In this document: positions 17,089 through 30,900 of the stretch, in pieces
Layout of the letters: each line of letters starts with the position of its first letter
Position numbering within the stretch: position 1 is the stretch's first letter
Assembly: GCA_965206595.1 (NCBI GenBank)
Contig: OZ242214.1
Location: 3,872,001-3,936,000 of the forward strand
Length of the DNA stretch: 64,000 nt
Source of the DNA: Candidatus Latescibacterota bacterium
GTDB taxonomy: Bacteria; Latescibacterota; UBA2968; UBA8231
Direction: 5' to 3'
Position numbers and translations under genes: made by a program
Notes under the pieces: model-generated
What the model was told of the DNA's origin: nothing
The model's database searches: none
The model's input: the letters and a program-made list of their open reading frames with translations, nothing else

Positions 17089-19209
17089 TTGACCAACGCC
17101 AGGGATACTGATCGTCGGATACTGATCGTCGACGGCGACGAGTGCGGCGCCGCGCACCTCGAAGAGTGCCTGAAATCCCGGGGATACACGGTGTGCGCCG
17201 CGGTTTCCAGCGGCCGCCGGGCCCTGGAAAGAGCCGGGGCCGCGCGACCCGACCTGGCCCTGGTCGATCTCGGGCTCGAAGGGGAGCTGACGGGCCCGGA
17301 AACGGGGGAGCGGATCGGCAGCCGGTTCGGAGTTCCCGTGGTCTACCTGACCGACGAGGCCGATGGAGAGCTGCTGCAACGGGGGCTGGCGACTGACCCG
17401 TTCGGCTACGTGCTGAGGCCGTTCGAAGAGGGCCAGCTGCACCTGAACATCCAGGCCGCCGTCTCCAGGAACGAAAGAGAACGCAGCCATGGAGAGGCGC
17501 GGGGGCTGGAACGGACGCTCGCCCTGCAGCAGGAACAGGCCGGCCTCATGGAGACCATCTTCAGCAGCATCAGCGACGGCGTGGTGGTCGCCGACGCAGC
17601 GGGCAGGTTCACCCTGTTCAACCCCAGCGCCGAACAGATCGTCGGCGTCGGCATGCTGGATCTGCCGCCCGAACGATGGACCGGGAGATACGGGGTCTTC
17701 TATCCCGACAAGACGACCCACGTGCCCACGGAACGGCTGCCCCTGGTGCGCGCCATGCGGGGCGAGGCGACCGACGGGATCGAGCTGTTCATCCGCAACG
17801 AGAAAAGGCCGGACGGGGTGTACATCAGCGTCAGCGGGCGGCCGCTGCAGGCCGAGGTGGAGGGGCACGGCGGCGGCGTGATCGTGTTCCGCGACGTCAC
17901 CCGCCAGAAGCAGGCGGAGGCGGAACTGGCGAAGACGATGGCGGAGCTGCGCAATCAGAACGAGCTCATAGATACCGCGTTCAGGAGCATCAGCGACGGC
18001 ATCGTCGTCGCCAACGCCAAGGGGGAATTCCTCTACGTGAACCCCGGCGCCGAGCAGATCGTCGGCATGGGCGCGACGGATGCGCCGCAGGGGGAGTGGG
18101 CCGAGAGGTACGGCACCTATCATCCCGACCGGGAAACACCGATGAAGACGGAGGATCTGCCGCTGATCCGCGCCATCCACCGCGGCGAGTCCACCGACGA
18201 GGAGGACATCTTCATCCGCAATCCGAAGAAGCCGAACGGCGTCTACATCCGGGTGAGCGCGCGGCCGCTGCTCGACAAGGTCGGCGGCATCCGGGGCGGC
18301 GTGATCATCTTCCGCGACGTCACCGAGCGCCTGCTGGCCGAGGAGGCGCTCGCCCGGGCCTTCGCGCAGGGGCGGCTGGAGATCGTCGAAACCATTCTCC
18401 ACAACATCGGCAACGCCATCAACAGCGTCACCACGGGCATCGAGACCGTGCGCCGGACCCTGATGAACGACCCGGTGGGCCGCCGTCTCTTCGCCCTGGC
18501 CGCGGCGGTGCGGGAGCACCGGGAGGACTGGCTCGACTACATCGCCAACGACCCGCAGGGCCGCAAGGTGATGCCCTTCATCGTCGAGCTCGCCGAAGGC
18601 TCTTCCCGGCGCAACGAGGAGCTGATGAAGACGGTGGACCGCGTCCGCGACCGGGGCAACCACATCGCCGACATCGTCCGCACCCAGAAGGCCCTCGCCG
18701 GTCCCGGCCTGGCTCGCAAGGACATCGACCTCCACGGGGCGCTCTCGGGCGCCGTCAGGGTGTTGAGGGACTCGCTCGACCAGAGGGGCATCCAGGTCGC
18801 CATCGACTGCGACGGCGCGCCGCATCCAGGAGAGCCAGTTCCACCAGATGCTGGTCAACCTGGTCAAGAATTCCTTCGAAGCCATCGACGAGCTCGCCGC
18901 CGCGCAGGGACTCGACGACACCCCCCTCATCCGCATCAGGGCCAGCGCCGGGGAGGAATTCCTCGACCTCGAAGTGGCCGACAACGGCATCGGCATCGGC
19001 AACAAGGACACCAAGGAGCTTTTCTCCCCCGGCTACACGACGAAACAGTCGGGGAGCGGGCTCGGTCTCCATTCGGCGGCCAACTTCGTCATCGGCCTCG
19101 GAGGGCGCATGCAGCCGTTGAGCGAGGGCACCGGAAAGGGAACGACCATGCGCGTGACGCTGCCGCTTTCCGCGGTCGCTCCCCACGCAACCGCGGGAGA
19201 AGGGCCGTG

Positions 19210-19210
<1 letters not shown>
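17089..19210 (+). pseudogene. Second hybrid sensor kinase (REC-PAS-PAS-HisKA-HATPase), frameshifted by an 11-bp deletion
   Basis: Paralogue of 13490-16030 that lacks CCCCGGCGGAT (15632-15642 in copy 1) at about 18820. The HATPase continues in another frame (18848-19210). Confidence 0.85.
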
Positions 19211-21096
<1,886 letters not shown>

Positions 21097-21506
21097 GCCG
21101 GGCGCCGGCGTTCGTCAACCGGCGGCGGTCCTCGACCGGCCTTCATAGAGGATGATGACTCACTCGATGCCTGGGGCATAGGACGGCACAACGTCAAAGG
21201 CGATTACGAAGCCTATTGGCGGGACCTTCGCATCCTCGTAGAAGACCAGGACCCTCAAGTCGGAGGACTGTAACGGCTTGCGGAGGCTCAGACTGGTCGC
21301 TGTCATCGCCCTCGTTCGCCCGTTTTCCGGCTTTGTCGTACCGACCCGGGGACCTGCCGGGACCGGCATTTCACACCACGGCCCTGAGCACACAGGGGCC
21401 ACCTCGGCGGCACTCGCCGAACGCTTGGCCTGAGCGAGCCTGCCGCCCGCAAATTGCTCCCCCGGGGCGAAGTCGTCCCTCCTGCCCGTGTAGCCAATTG
21501 ATACTC

Positions 21507-21781
21507 GTGTTGCAAAACGCTACTCGCGGCGCAATTGCGACAGATCCTTTGGTTTTCCGGCCTCGGCTTTCCCCTGTAACTCCTTCATAGACACCCAGTT
21601 GTAGTAGTCCCCCACCTGCAGTCCCTCCACCACCGCGCCGCCCGAGGCGGTTCGTCCGGGCGGTTCTGCGTCGCATTCTGAGACACTCCCGCAAGACCCC
21701 CCGGGCCTCCCACGAATGCTTCTAACTCCTTCATCTGCAAGGAGTTATCTCTTCGTCTCAACAGCCGGCATGGATAGTGCT
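21507..21781 (+). promoter_or_regulatory. Sigma54 promoter with upstream dyad boxes (giant adhesin)
   Basis: CGGCATGGATAGTGC (GG-N10-GC) at 21766-21780. Boxes at 21509, 21528 and inverted at 21670-21684. TAACTCCTT-N7 elements at 21577 and 21723; the latter is the perfect dyad TAACTCCTT-N7-AAGGAGTTA. Confidence 0.72.
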
Positions 21782-21964
21782 AGTAGTAGGCGATTCCCCG
21801 CGGCAGGATGACGCACAGGTGCGTTCCTGACCGCGGGTTTTTGCAGACCACGAAAACCGCCCGGCTCCTTGCCGTTTTCCAGGTCCTTGCGGCCGCCGCC
21901 GTGATCCCCGGCCCCGCCGCGCAGGCGCAGGAAAACGCAGGCCGCGCCAAGGCACTTACAGTCC

Positions 21965-24900
21965 ATGTACGATTCATACGATCCATTGTGCCCGGGTCCC
22001 GGCGCCCCGCGGCGCGCCCCGCCGCGGTTGCGTTCCCGGAACCCCGCCGTCGCGCTGGTGTACCTGATCGCCGCGCTCGTCCTCCTCGCACCGGCCGGCA
22101 TTTGGAGCCAGGTCAACAGGGACAACCACCTGCCCGAAGTGTCCGTGAGCCTGGTGGGCGGCGTGTTGGGAACCTATGAGGATTTTCCCGTTCTGGAGGG
22201 CAACGTCATCCGCTTCGAGCTGACCCGCACGGGCGCGTTGACCGCAGCGCTGGCGGTCGAGCTGGAGGTGACCTACAACGGCAGCCGGCAGACGCGTACG
22301 GCGACGTTCCCGGCCGGCGAGCAGACCGTCGCTGTAGACGTGGCCACGGACGAGAACGAGGTGGTCGACGCCGCCCACCACTCGCTGACCGTCGCCATCC
22401 AGCCCGCCGCCACGTACCAGGTCAGTTCCGAGTCCGGCAGGGTCAGCGTCGCGGTGCCGGACGACGACATCGAGATATTCGTGAGCCGCGCCTCCCTCAG
22501 CCCCGAGTCGGTGGTCGAAGGGGAGACGGACTACTACGTCTTCGAGGTATCGCGCAACGGCGATACCTCGCTGGAGCTGGTCTCCGTGTACATGTTTGCG
22601 CAATTCGGCGACGGGGCCGTCACGACGACGGGCAATGTGAATTTCGACGCGGGCAAGGCGTCGACGCAGGCGCGCCTCCGATTGCCGGCCGATGACGACC
22701 TCCACCAGGCCGACTTCACCGTGACGTACGGCGTCGCGGAGATCGTGGATCAGCAAGAGGCTCACAGCTACCGCCGGGGCGATCCGCATACCGCCACGTT
22801 CCGCGTCCTCGATGACGACCTGCCGGTCGTGGGAATCGCGGTGGCCCCCGAGAGCGGGGATGAGGGAACCGACTTCCAGATCACCGCGACCCGCGACGGG
22901 ACCACCGGGGAATTCCTCACCGTGCTGCTGAGCGTGACCAGCAGCGGCGACTTCGGCACAGTGGCGTCATCATCCGTCACCTTCCCTCTGGGTGCGGCAG
23001 ATACCACGCTGACCCTGCCGACGGACGACGACGATCTCGACGAAGCCGACGGGACGTTGACCGTGACGCTCGACGAGAACGATGCCTACCAGATCGACGC
23101 CGACGCCGGCACGCGGTCGGTGACCGTGCGCGACAACGACCTGGTGCAGGTATCGATCTCAGCGGATCACGACGACGGCGTCACCGAGGGCGAGACGCTC
23201 ACGTTCACGCTCGCGCGCGGAGCACACAACACGGACGCGCTCGACGTGACGGTGGAGGTGAGCGAGACCGGCGCGATGGTTGCCGACGGCCTGGAAGGCT
23301 CGCGGACCGTGAGCTTCGGATCCGGTCAGGCAAGCGTATCGTTCACCGTGCCGACGTCCAACGACCAGACCGTGGAAAGAGAGAGCACGGTATCGGCGCA
23401 GATCGAGGACATGGATGCCTATGCGCCGGGTTCGCCGTCAACGGCGTCGGTCACCGTGCGGGACGACGACCAGACCGTGATTCTGACCGTGGCCCCGGAC
23501 GCGGTGACCGAGGATGGGGGCGCGCAGACCGTGACGGTGACGGCGGCGCTGCACGACCACACCAGCACCCGCGACACGCCGATCGATGTGACCGTGTCCG
23601 TGGCCGGGGAGACGGCGACCGCGGGGACCGACTTCCAGGCGGTGGCGGACTTCCCGGTGACGATCCCGGCCAACGCGCGCTCGGGAGCAGGCACGTTCAT
23701 CCTGAACGCGATCGACGACGACGCATTCGAGGAAGACAAGACGCTCACCGTCGGCGGCGCCGCGACCGGACTGAAGGTGACCACCGCGACGCTGACGCTC
23801 ACCGATGAGGACGTAGAGACCCTGCTGCAGGCGGTCACTAGGGGCGGCGCCGAGACCAACGCGACGACGGTTCGGGATATCCTGATCATGCGGGTGTTCT
23901 TCAAGGGCGCCGAGACCGTCACGGGATTCGCGGCGGATGACATCGAGGTCACCGGCGGCGCCATCACCGAGTTTCGACGGACTGACCGCAGTAACGGCAC
24001 GATTGTCCACTTCGTCTGGATAGATGCCGCCGAGGACGCCGAGATGCTCACCTTCGTGGTGCGGAAGGATGCTATAGAAGAGGGCAATTTCCGCGCCGAG
24101 GCGACCTATACCGTTGTGCCGCCCTTCACCGTCACCCTGACCAGCGAGGCGACCGGGCCGGTGCAGGGCGACTTTGTCGTATTGGCGACGTTCAGCGAGC
24201 CGGTCAATTCAGGGACTGGCGGGTCGGAGTCCGTGGCGAACCTCTTCATCGTCGACGAGGACGTCGATGTCGTGCATGGGAGGCGGCTCTACTCCAACAA
24301 GGTGTCGGCGACGCAGTGGCGGATCACCATCAGACCGGACGCCGGCTTCTACGGCACCCTGCGGGTAACCATTGCGGAGAATGCCGCGTCGTTGCTGAAC
24401 AACTCTCACATCTTCAACCAGGCGGCGGAGTTCGAGATCCTGGTGGACACCGTCTTCGACGACGCCGCGCTCGCCTCGCTGAGCCTGAGCGACCCGCACG
24501 GTAGCGGCGTCGGTCTCGATCCGGCCTTCAGCTCGGGCCATACCGGGTACGAGGCCATCTTCGGCCGCGGCGTGACCGTGCGGGTACACGCGGCGGTGCG
24601 CGACCCCGGCGCCACCTTCGTCATCGAGCCGCGCTTCGACCAGAGCGACCAGTCTGCCGGTCACGACGTGTTGCTGACGCCCGGCCGGGCGACCGAGATC
24701 ACGGTGACCGTGACCGCGGAAGACCGCACGACGCGGCGCACCTATACCGTGCGGTTGGTCAACGCGATCGTGACACTGGCGGTGACGCCGTCGCGCATCG
24801 GCGAGGACGGCGGGTCGGCCACGGTGACGGCGACGATCGATCCCCCGTTCACTCAGGAGGTGCGCGTGACGGTGGCGCCGGAGGCGGTGGCGCCGGCCGC

Positions 24901-27900
24901 GAGGGCGGATTTCATCGTCAGCGACCACAATTGGCTGGACTTTCCCGCCAATGCCACGGCGGCCACGGGCACGGTGACGATCACCGCGGTCAGCAACGAT
25001 CTGCAGACGCTGGACAAGGAGGTCCGCGTCAACGGGACGACCCGCGCGGCCGGCGTGCCGGTGATCGGGACCACGCTGACGATCGAGGACGACGACCGCG
25101 TGGCGAAGTTGACGCTGAACCCCGAATCCGTGGGCGAGGAGGGGGGGGAGCAGACCGTGACGGTGACGGCGACGATCGATCCCCAAAGCAGCACCCGCGA
25201 CAAGGCGACCGCGGTGATCGTGTCCGTGGCTGGGGGCACGGCGACCGAGGGGACCGACTTTGAGGCGGTGCCGGACTTCCCGGTGACGATCCGGGCCAAC
25301 GAGCGCTCGGGAGCAGGCACGTTCAACCTGAACGCGATCGACGACGACGCATTCGAGGAAGACGAGACCATCATCGTGAGCGGCGCCCCGTTCACGCAGA
25401 CGTCGACCGGGGCGACGCTGACGTTGACCGAGAATGACGTGCCGTGGGTGACGATGGAGAGCACGGAGGCGTCGGTCGAGGAGGGCGGCTCGGTCACGTT
25501 GACGCTGACCCGCGAAGGGTCGGTGACGAACCCGCTGACCATCCCCGGCTCGCTGTTGCGAAGCAGGATCTCGCGCGGCGAGGAGTATCGCGAGCACCCC
25601 GTCACCTTCGAGGCGGGCGAAGCGACCGCGACGCTCACCGTGGGGCCGCCTGATGACGCGGTGTTCTACACGCACCGGCAATTCAATGTCGAACTCGATA
25701 CAAGCGATCCCCGGATGTTTCGCCTGCGGCGCACTCTTTCATCAGCGGCGTTTATCTCCATCGAGAGCCAGACCTATTTCGCCTTTCCCGTGGACGACGA
25801 CGACCCGGTGCGGGTTACGATCACGCCGCAGGATGACCCGGTATCCGAAGCGAGCCGGGCCTGCTTTACAGTGTCGACCGACATGGTCTTCAGAACAGGC
25901 GTGCCGGCCGAATTGACCTTTGCGGTGACCGCCAGCCAGCAGGGCGATTTCCTCTCGGGGGCGCCCGGCAGCCACACCGTGACCCTGTCGAACTCGACGG
26001 ATGCGAACGCCTCGGAGACGCCCACCCTGTGCCTGGATCTCGACGACGACGACGAGTTCGAAGGAGACGGCTCGGTCACCCTCCAGCTCGGCGAGGGTAC
26101 CGTCCGGTTGGTCGTGGAAGACCAAGAGAGACAGGCGCCCGTCGTGGTAGCGGCCGACGCCACCGTGACCGTGACCGTCTCCGACAATGACGTGCCGTGG
26201 GTGACGATGGAGAGCGCCGCGGCGTCGGTCGATGAGGGCGGCTCGGTCACCTTCACGCTGACCCGCGAAGGGCCGCTGACGGACCCGCTGACCATCCCCG
26301 GCACGCTGTTGCGAAGCAAGATCTCGTTCGGCCATGGGTATAGCGCGCACCCCGTCACCTTCGAGGCGGGCGAAGCGACCGCGACGCTCACCGTGGGGCC
26401 GCCTGATGACGAGGTGTTCTACACGCACCGGCAATTCAATGTCGAACTCGATACAAGACATCCCTGGATGACCGATCCCCGGATGTTTCGCCTGCGGCAC
26501 GCTTCTTCACCAGCGGTGTTTTCCACCGCCGAGAGCAGGACCCATTTCGCCTTTCCCGTGAACGACGACGACCCGGTGCGGGTTACGATCACGCCGCAGG
26601 AAGACCCGGTATCCGAAGCGAGCCGGGCCTGCTTTACAGTGTCGACCGACGTGTTCTTCAGATTAGGCGTGTTGGCCGAATTGACCTTTGCGGTAGCCGC
26701 CAGCCAGCGGGGGGATTTCCTCGCGGAGGCGCCCGGCAGCCACACCGTGACCCTGTCGAACTCGACGAGTGATCCGAACGCCTCGAAGACGCCCACCCTG
26801 TGCCTGGATCTCGACGACGACAACGAGTTCGAAGGAGACGGCTCGGTCACCCTCCAGCTCGGCGAGGGTACCGTCCGGTTGGTCGTGGACAACGAAGAGA
26901 GAGAGGCGCCCGACGTGGTAGCGGCCGAAGACGGAGCCGGCGCCGCAACGGTGGACGTTTTCGATAACGAGATTGCCCAGATGGTGGGGTATCGTCTTAC
27001 CAGTGATTTACGTGATGGTACCTTGCATGTTCCTGCTCCCGAAGAGCCAGGGAGAGTCCACTTAGCCGAAGACCACGGCGTGAGTTTCACCATTCAACGT
27101 TGGGGGACGGATGCATTGGGCAATGTCCGCGAGGGGGAGAACTATGTAAACGGTTTCGATATTCGGATTCCCATACCACCCCTCACGGTAAACATCGATG
27201 CCCGTATTATATGCTTCAACGGCTTCGACGCGCCTGACTTGCTCGCCGGCCCATTGCCGACAACGGTGGTGTTCCCTGCCGGCGACGAGGATGGCGTGGA
27301 GCAAGACGACCTGTTTGTGCAACAGACACTCATTGAGTTCGTCGATGACGACGTGCTTGAGTGCGGCAGTTACATTGACGTATCCATCGCTGACGGTCTG
27401 TACCGAAGGCGGCCAACTTCCGAATTGGCCGATCCTTCCCATAGGCCGCAGTCTCCATATGCCCTTCTCGAGGTCGCAATAAACGACAATGACCAGCCAA
27501 CGACTTCCATAACGACCAATAGCGAATCAGTGGAGGAAGGGGAAGACATTGTTCTTACCGTGACCCGGCGGGATAACGATATCGTAAGTCCGCTGAACAC
27601 GACTTTGCGAGTATTTAGAAGCAATAGTAGAAATGTAGGGTTTGACAGTTATGTCCCTGGGGGTGAGGAGGTTACCCTATTTCAATCTTCAATAGGAGTA
27701 CCATTTGGCCGCAATGTGACGACAGTGATCCGTAGCCTCGAGATACCGGACGACGACGTAGATGGCGATGATTTTTTTCTGCATTTTGGTTTTTCTCCAA
27801 TTTACGGGGATTACCATATTCCAGACGGGAGCCACCCGGTGGTGAGGGTGACGGACGACGACACGCGCGGGGTGACCGTCTCGCCGACGTCGTTGTCGAT

Positions 27901-30900
27901 CCACGAAGGCTCCGAGTCCAGCTACACGGTCAAGCTGGACTCGGAGCCGACCGCGAACGTGACCGTGGCGGTCGGCGGGATGGCCGGAACGGACGTGTCG
28001 GTGAATCCCGAATCGCTGACGTTCACCAGGAGCAAATTGAACGCGAACAACTGGAACGTGGCGAAGACGATTGTGGTGAGCACCAGGGAGGACGCCGACA
28101 AGCTGGCCGACGTGGTGCGCTTGACCCACACGGCCACGGGTGGGGACTACGGCGCCAACGGGGTGACGGTCGACCTGGAGGTGACGGTCGAGGAGGACGC
28201 GTCGATCAGGCTGACGCTCGACCCGACCTCCGTACCGGAGGACGCCGGCCACTACGGCCCGCCGCCGGGCGGGGGCGGTGTTTCCGCCTGGAGAGGCGCC
28301 ACCGTGACGGTGACGGCAACGCTGAATACGGCCGCGCGGACGGAGGACACGGTGGTGCGCGTGTCGGTGGACGGCAATACCGCGAGCACGAGCGACTTAC
28401 GTCAGGAGGTGAAGCGCTTCAACCTCACGATTCCGGCGAACGCGCAGAGCGGTGAGGCGCAATTCACCCTGATACCGTTGAACGACTATACCGCAGAGGG
28501 CGATGAGACGTTGACGGTGAGCGGAGTGTTGAAGGTTCCGGTGCCGTGGCTGACGGTGGAATCGGCGGAGTTGACGTTGGCCGACGACGACGAGGTCTCG
28601 GTACTCGTGGAGCCGACGACGCTGGAGATTGACGAAGGTAGCAGCGCGACCTACAGCGTGGCGCTGACCTCGGCGCCGACCGAGGACGTGACGATCAGCA
28701 TGACGGTGAGCGGCGACAGCGATATCTCCGTACAGCCGAGGTCGCTGACGTTCACGACAACAGACTGGCTCGTAGCGCGGGCGCGGCCTGTGACGGTGGA
28801 GGCGGCGGCGGATGCGGATGCGGCGGCAGGTACGGCGACCATCGCGCACGGTGTGACGACCAGTGGAGATTACCACGGGATCGTGGCCGCGTCGGTGACG
28901 GTGACCGAAAAGGACAACGATACGGCCTCGACGACCGCGACGCTGAGCGTGTCGCCGTCGTCGGTGGCGGAACGCGGCGGTGGCCAGGATGTGACGGTGA
29001 CCGCCACGCTCAATGCGGCGACGCGGACGGAGGACACGGTGGTGCGCGTGTCGGTGGCCGGCAATACCGCGGGCACCGGCGACTTCCAGGCCGTGGAGTC
29101 TTTTGACCTCATGATCCCGGCGAACGCGCCGAGCGGCGAGGTGCCATTCAGGCTGACGCCGGTGGCCGACGGCGTGATCGAGGAGGATGAGACGGTCACG
29201 GTGAGCGGCACGGTACCGGTGTCGTCTGGCCTGACGGTGGAGAGCGCGACGGTGACGATTATCGACGACGCGCGCGGGGTGACGGTGTCGCCGACCGAGC
29301 TGACGGTGGACGAGGGGGGCGACGGTACCTACACGGTGGTGCTGACCTCAGAGCCGACCGCGGACGTGACGGTGACGGTGACCACGGACCTGGCGGGCAC
29401 GGACGTATCGGTAGACAAGACCTCGCTGACCTTCACGGCGGACAACTGGGACGATGAGCAGACGGTGACGGTAAGCGCGGCCGCGGACAACGACGCGGTG
29501 GCGGACGAGACGGTAACGCTGACCCATTCGGTGAGCAGCACGGGCGACTACGCCAGCGAGACCGCAGACGCGGTGGCGGTGACGATCGCGGAGACCGACA
29601 CGCCGACCCTGTCCATGTCCGGCGTGCGTGCGGATGAAGACGTCGGCGACATGACGTTCACGGTGACGCTGAGCCTGGCCAGCAGCAACCAGGTGACAGT
29701 GGCCTATGCCACCTCGAACGGAACGGGCGCTGGAGCGGCGACCGCGGGCGAGGACTACACGCTGACCAATGGCACGCTGACGTTCCCTGCGAACAGCACG
29801 GCGTCCCGGACGATCGCGGTTCCGATCACCGACGACGCGGTGGACGAGCCGGATGAAGAGACCTTCACCGTGACGCTGAGCAGCGCATCCAATGCGACCC
29901 TGGCGGGTGGACAGTCGACGCTGGCGGCGACCGGCACGATCACCGACGACGACGAGCGCGGGGTGACGGTGTCGGAGACGGCACTGGACATCGACGAGGG
30001 GGAGAGCGGCACCTACACGGTGGTGTTGACCTCGCAGCCGACAGGCACGGTGACGGTGGCGATGACCACGGACCTGGCGGGCACGGACGTGTCGGTTGAC
30101 AAGACGAGGCTGACGTTCCCGGCGGACAACTGGGACGATGAGCAGACGGTGACGGTCAGCGCGGCCGGGGACGAGGATGCGGTGGTGGATGATGCGGTCA
30201 CGCTGACGCACGCGGTGACCGGCGGCGACTACGGGACCAACGGAGTGACCGCGGACCCGGTGGCGGTGACGATCGTCGAGGACGACACACCGACGCTGTC
30301 GATGGCGGATGTGCGCGCGGATGAAGACGTCGGCGAGACGGTGTTCACGGTGACCCTGAGCGTGGCCAGCAGCAACGAGGTGATGGTCCAATACCGCACC
30401 TCGGATGGCACGGCGGCCGCGGGTTCGGACTATACGGAAACGACCGGGACGCTGACGTTCGAGGCCGGGACCACGACGGCGCAGGAGATCCGCGTGGCGA
30501 TCACCGACGACGCGGTCGATGAGGAAGAGGAAGAGACCTTCACCGTGACGCTGCACAGCGCCGCGAATGCGACCCTGGCCGGGGCCCAGGCGACCCTGGC
30601 GGCGACCGGGACGATTGTCGATAACGACGACCCGGCGGTGACGGTGGCGTTTGCGACGGGGACCTACACCGCGACCGAGGGCGGTGCCGCGGCGACGGTG
30701 CAGGTGCAGTTGAGCGGGGACCCGGAGCGAACGGTGGATATTCCATTGACGCATACGCCGGGCACGGACGTGGCAGCGGCGGACTACTCGGGCGTGCCGG
30801 CGAGCGTGACCTTCGCCAGCGGCGAGACCGAAAAGACCTTCGCGGTGACGGCGACCGACGACGACGTGGATGAGGACGAGGAGACCGTGACGCTGGGCTT

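Noticed and set aside
21160-21402. Short minus-strand ORF between the bEBP and the adhesin promoter
   Set aside because: It has no recognisable family or RBS; it may be a remnant but cannot be supported.
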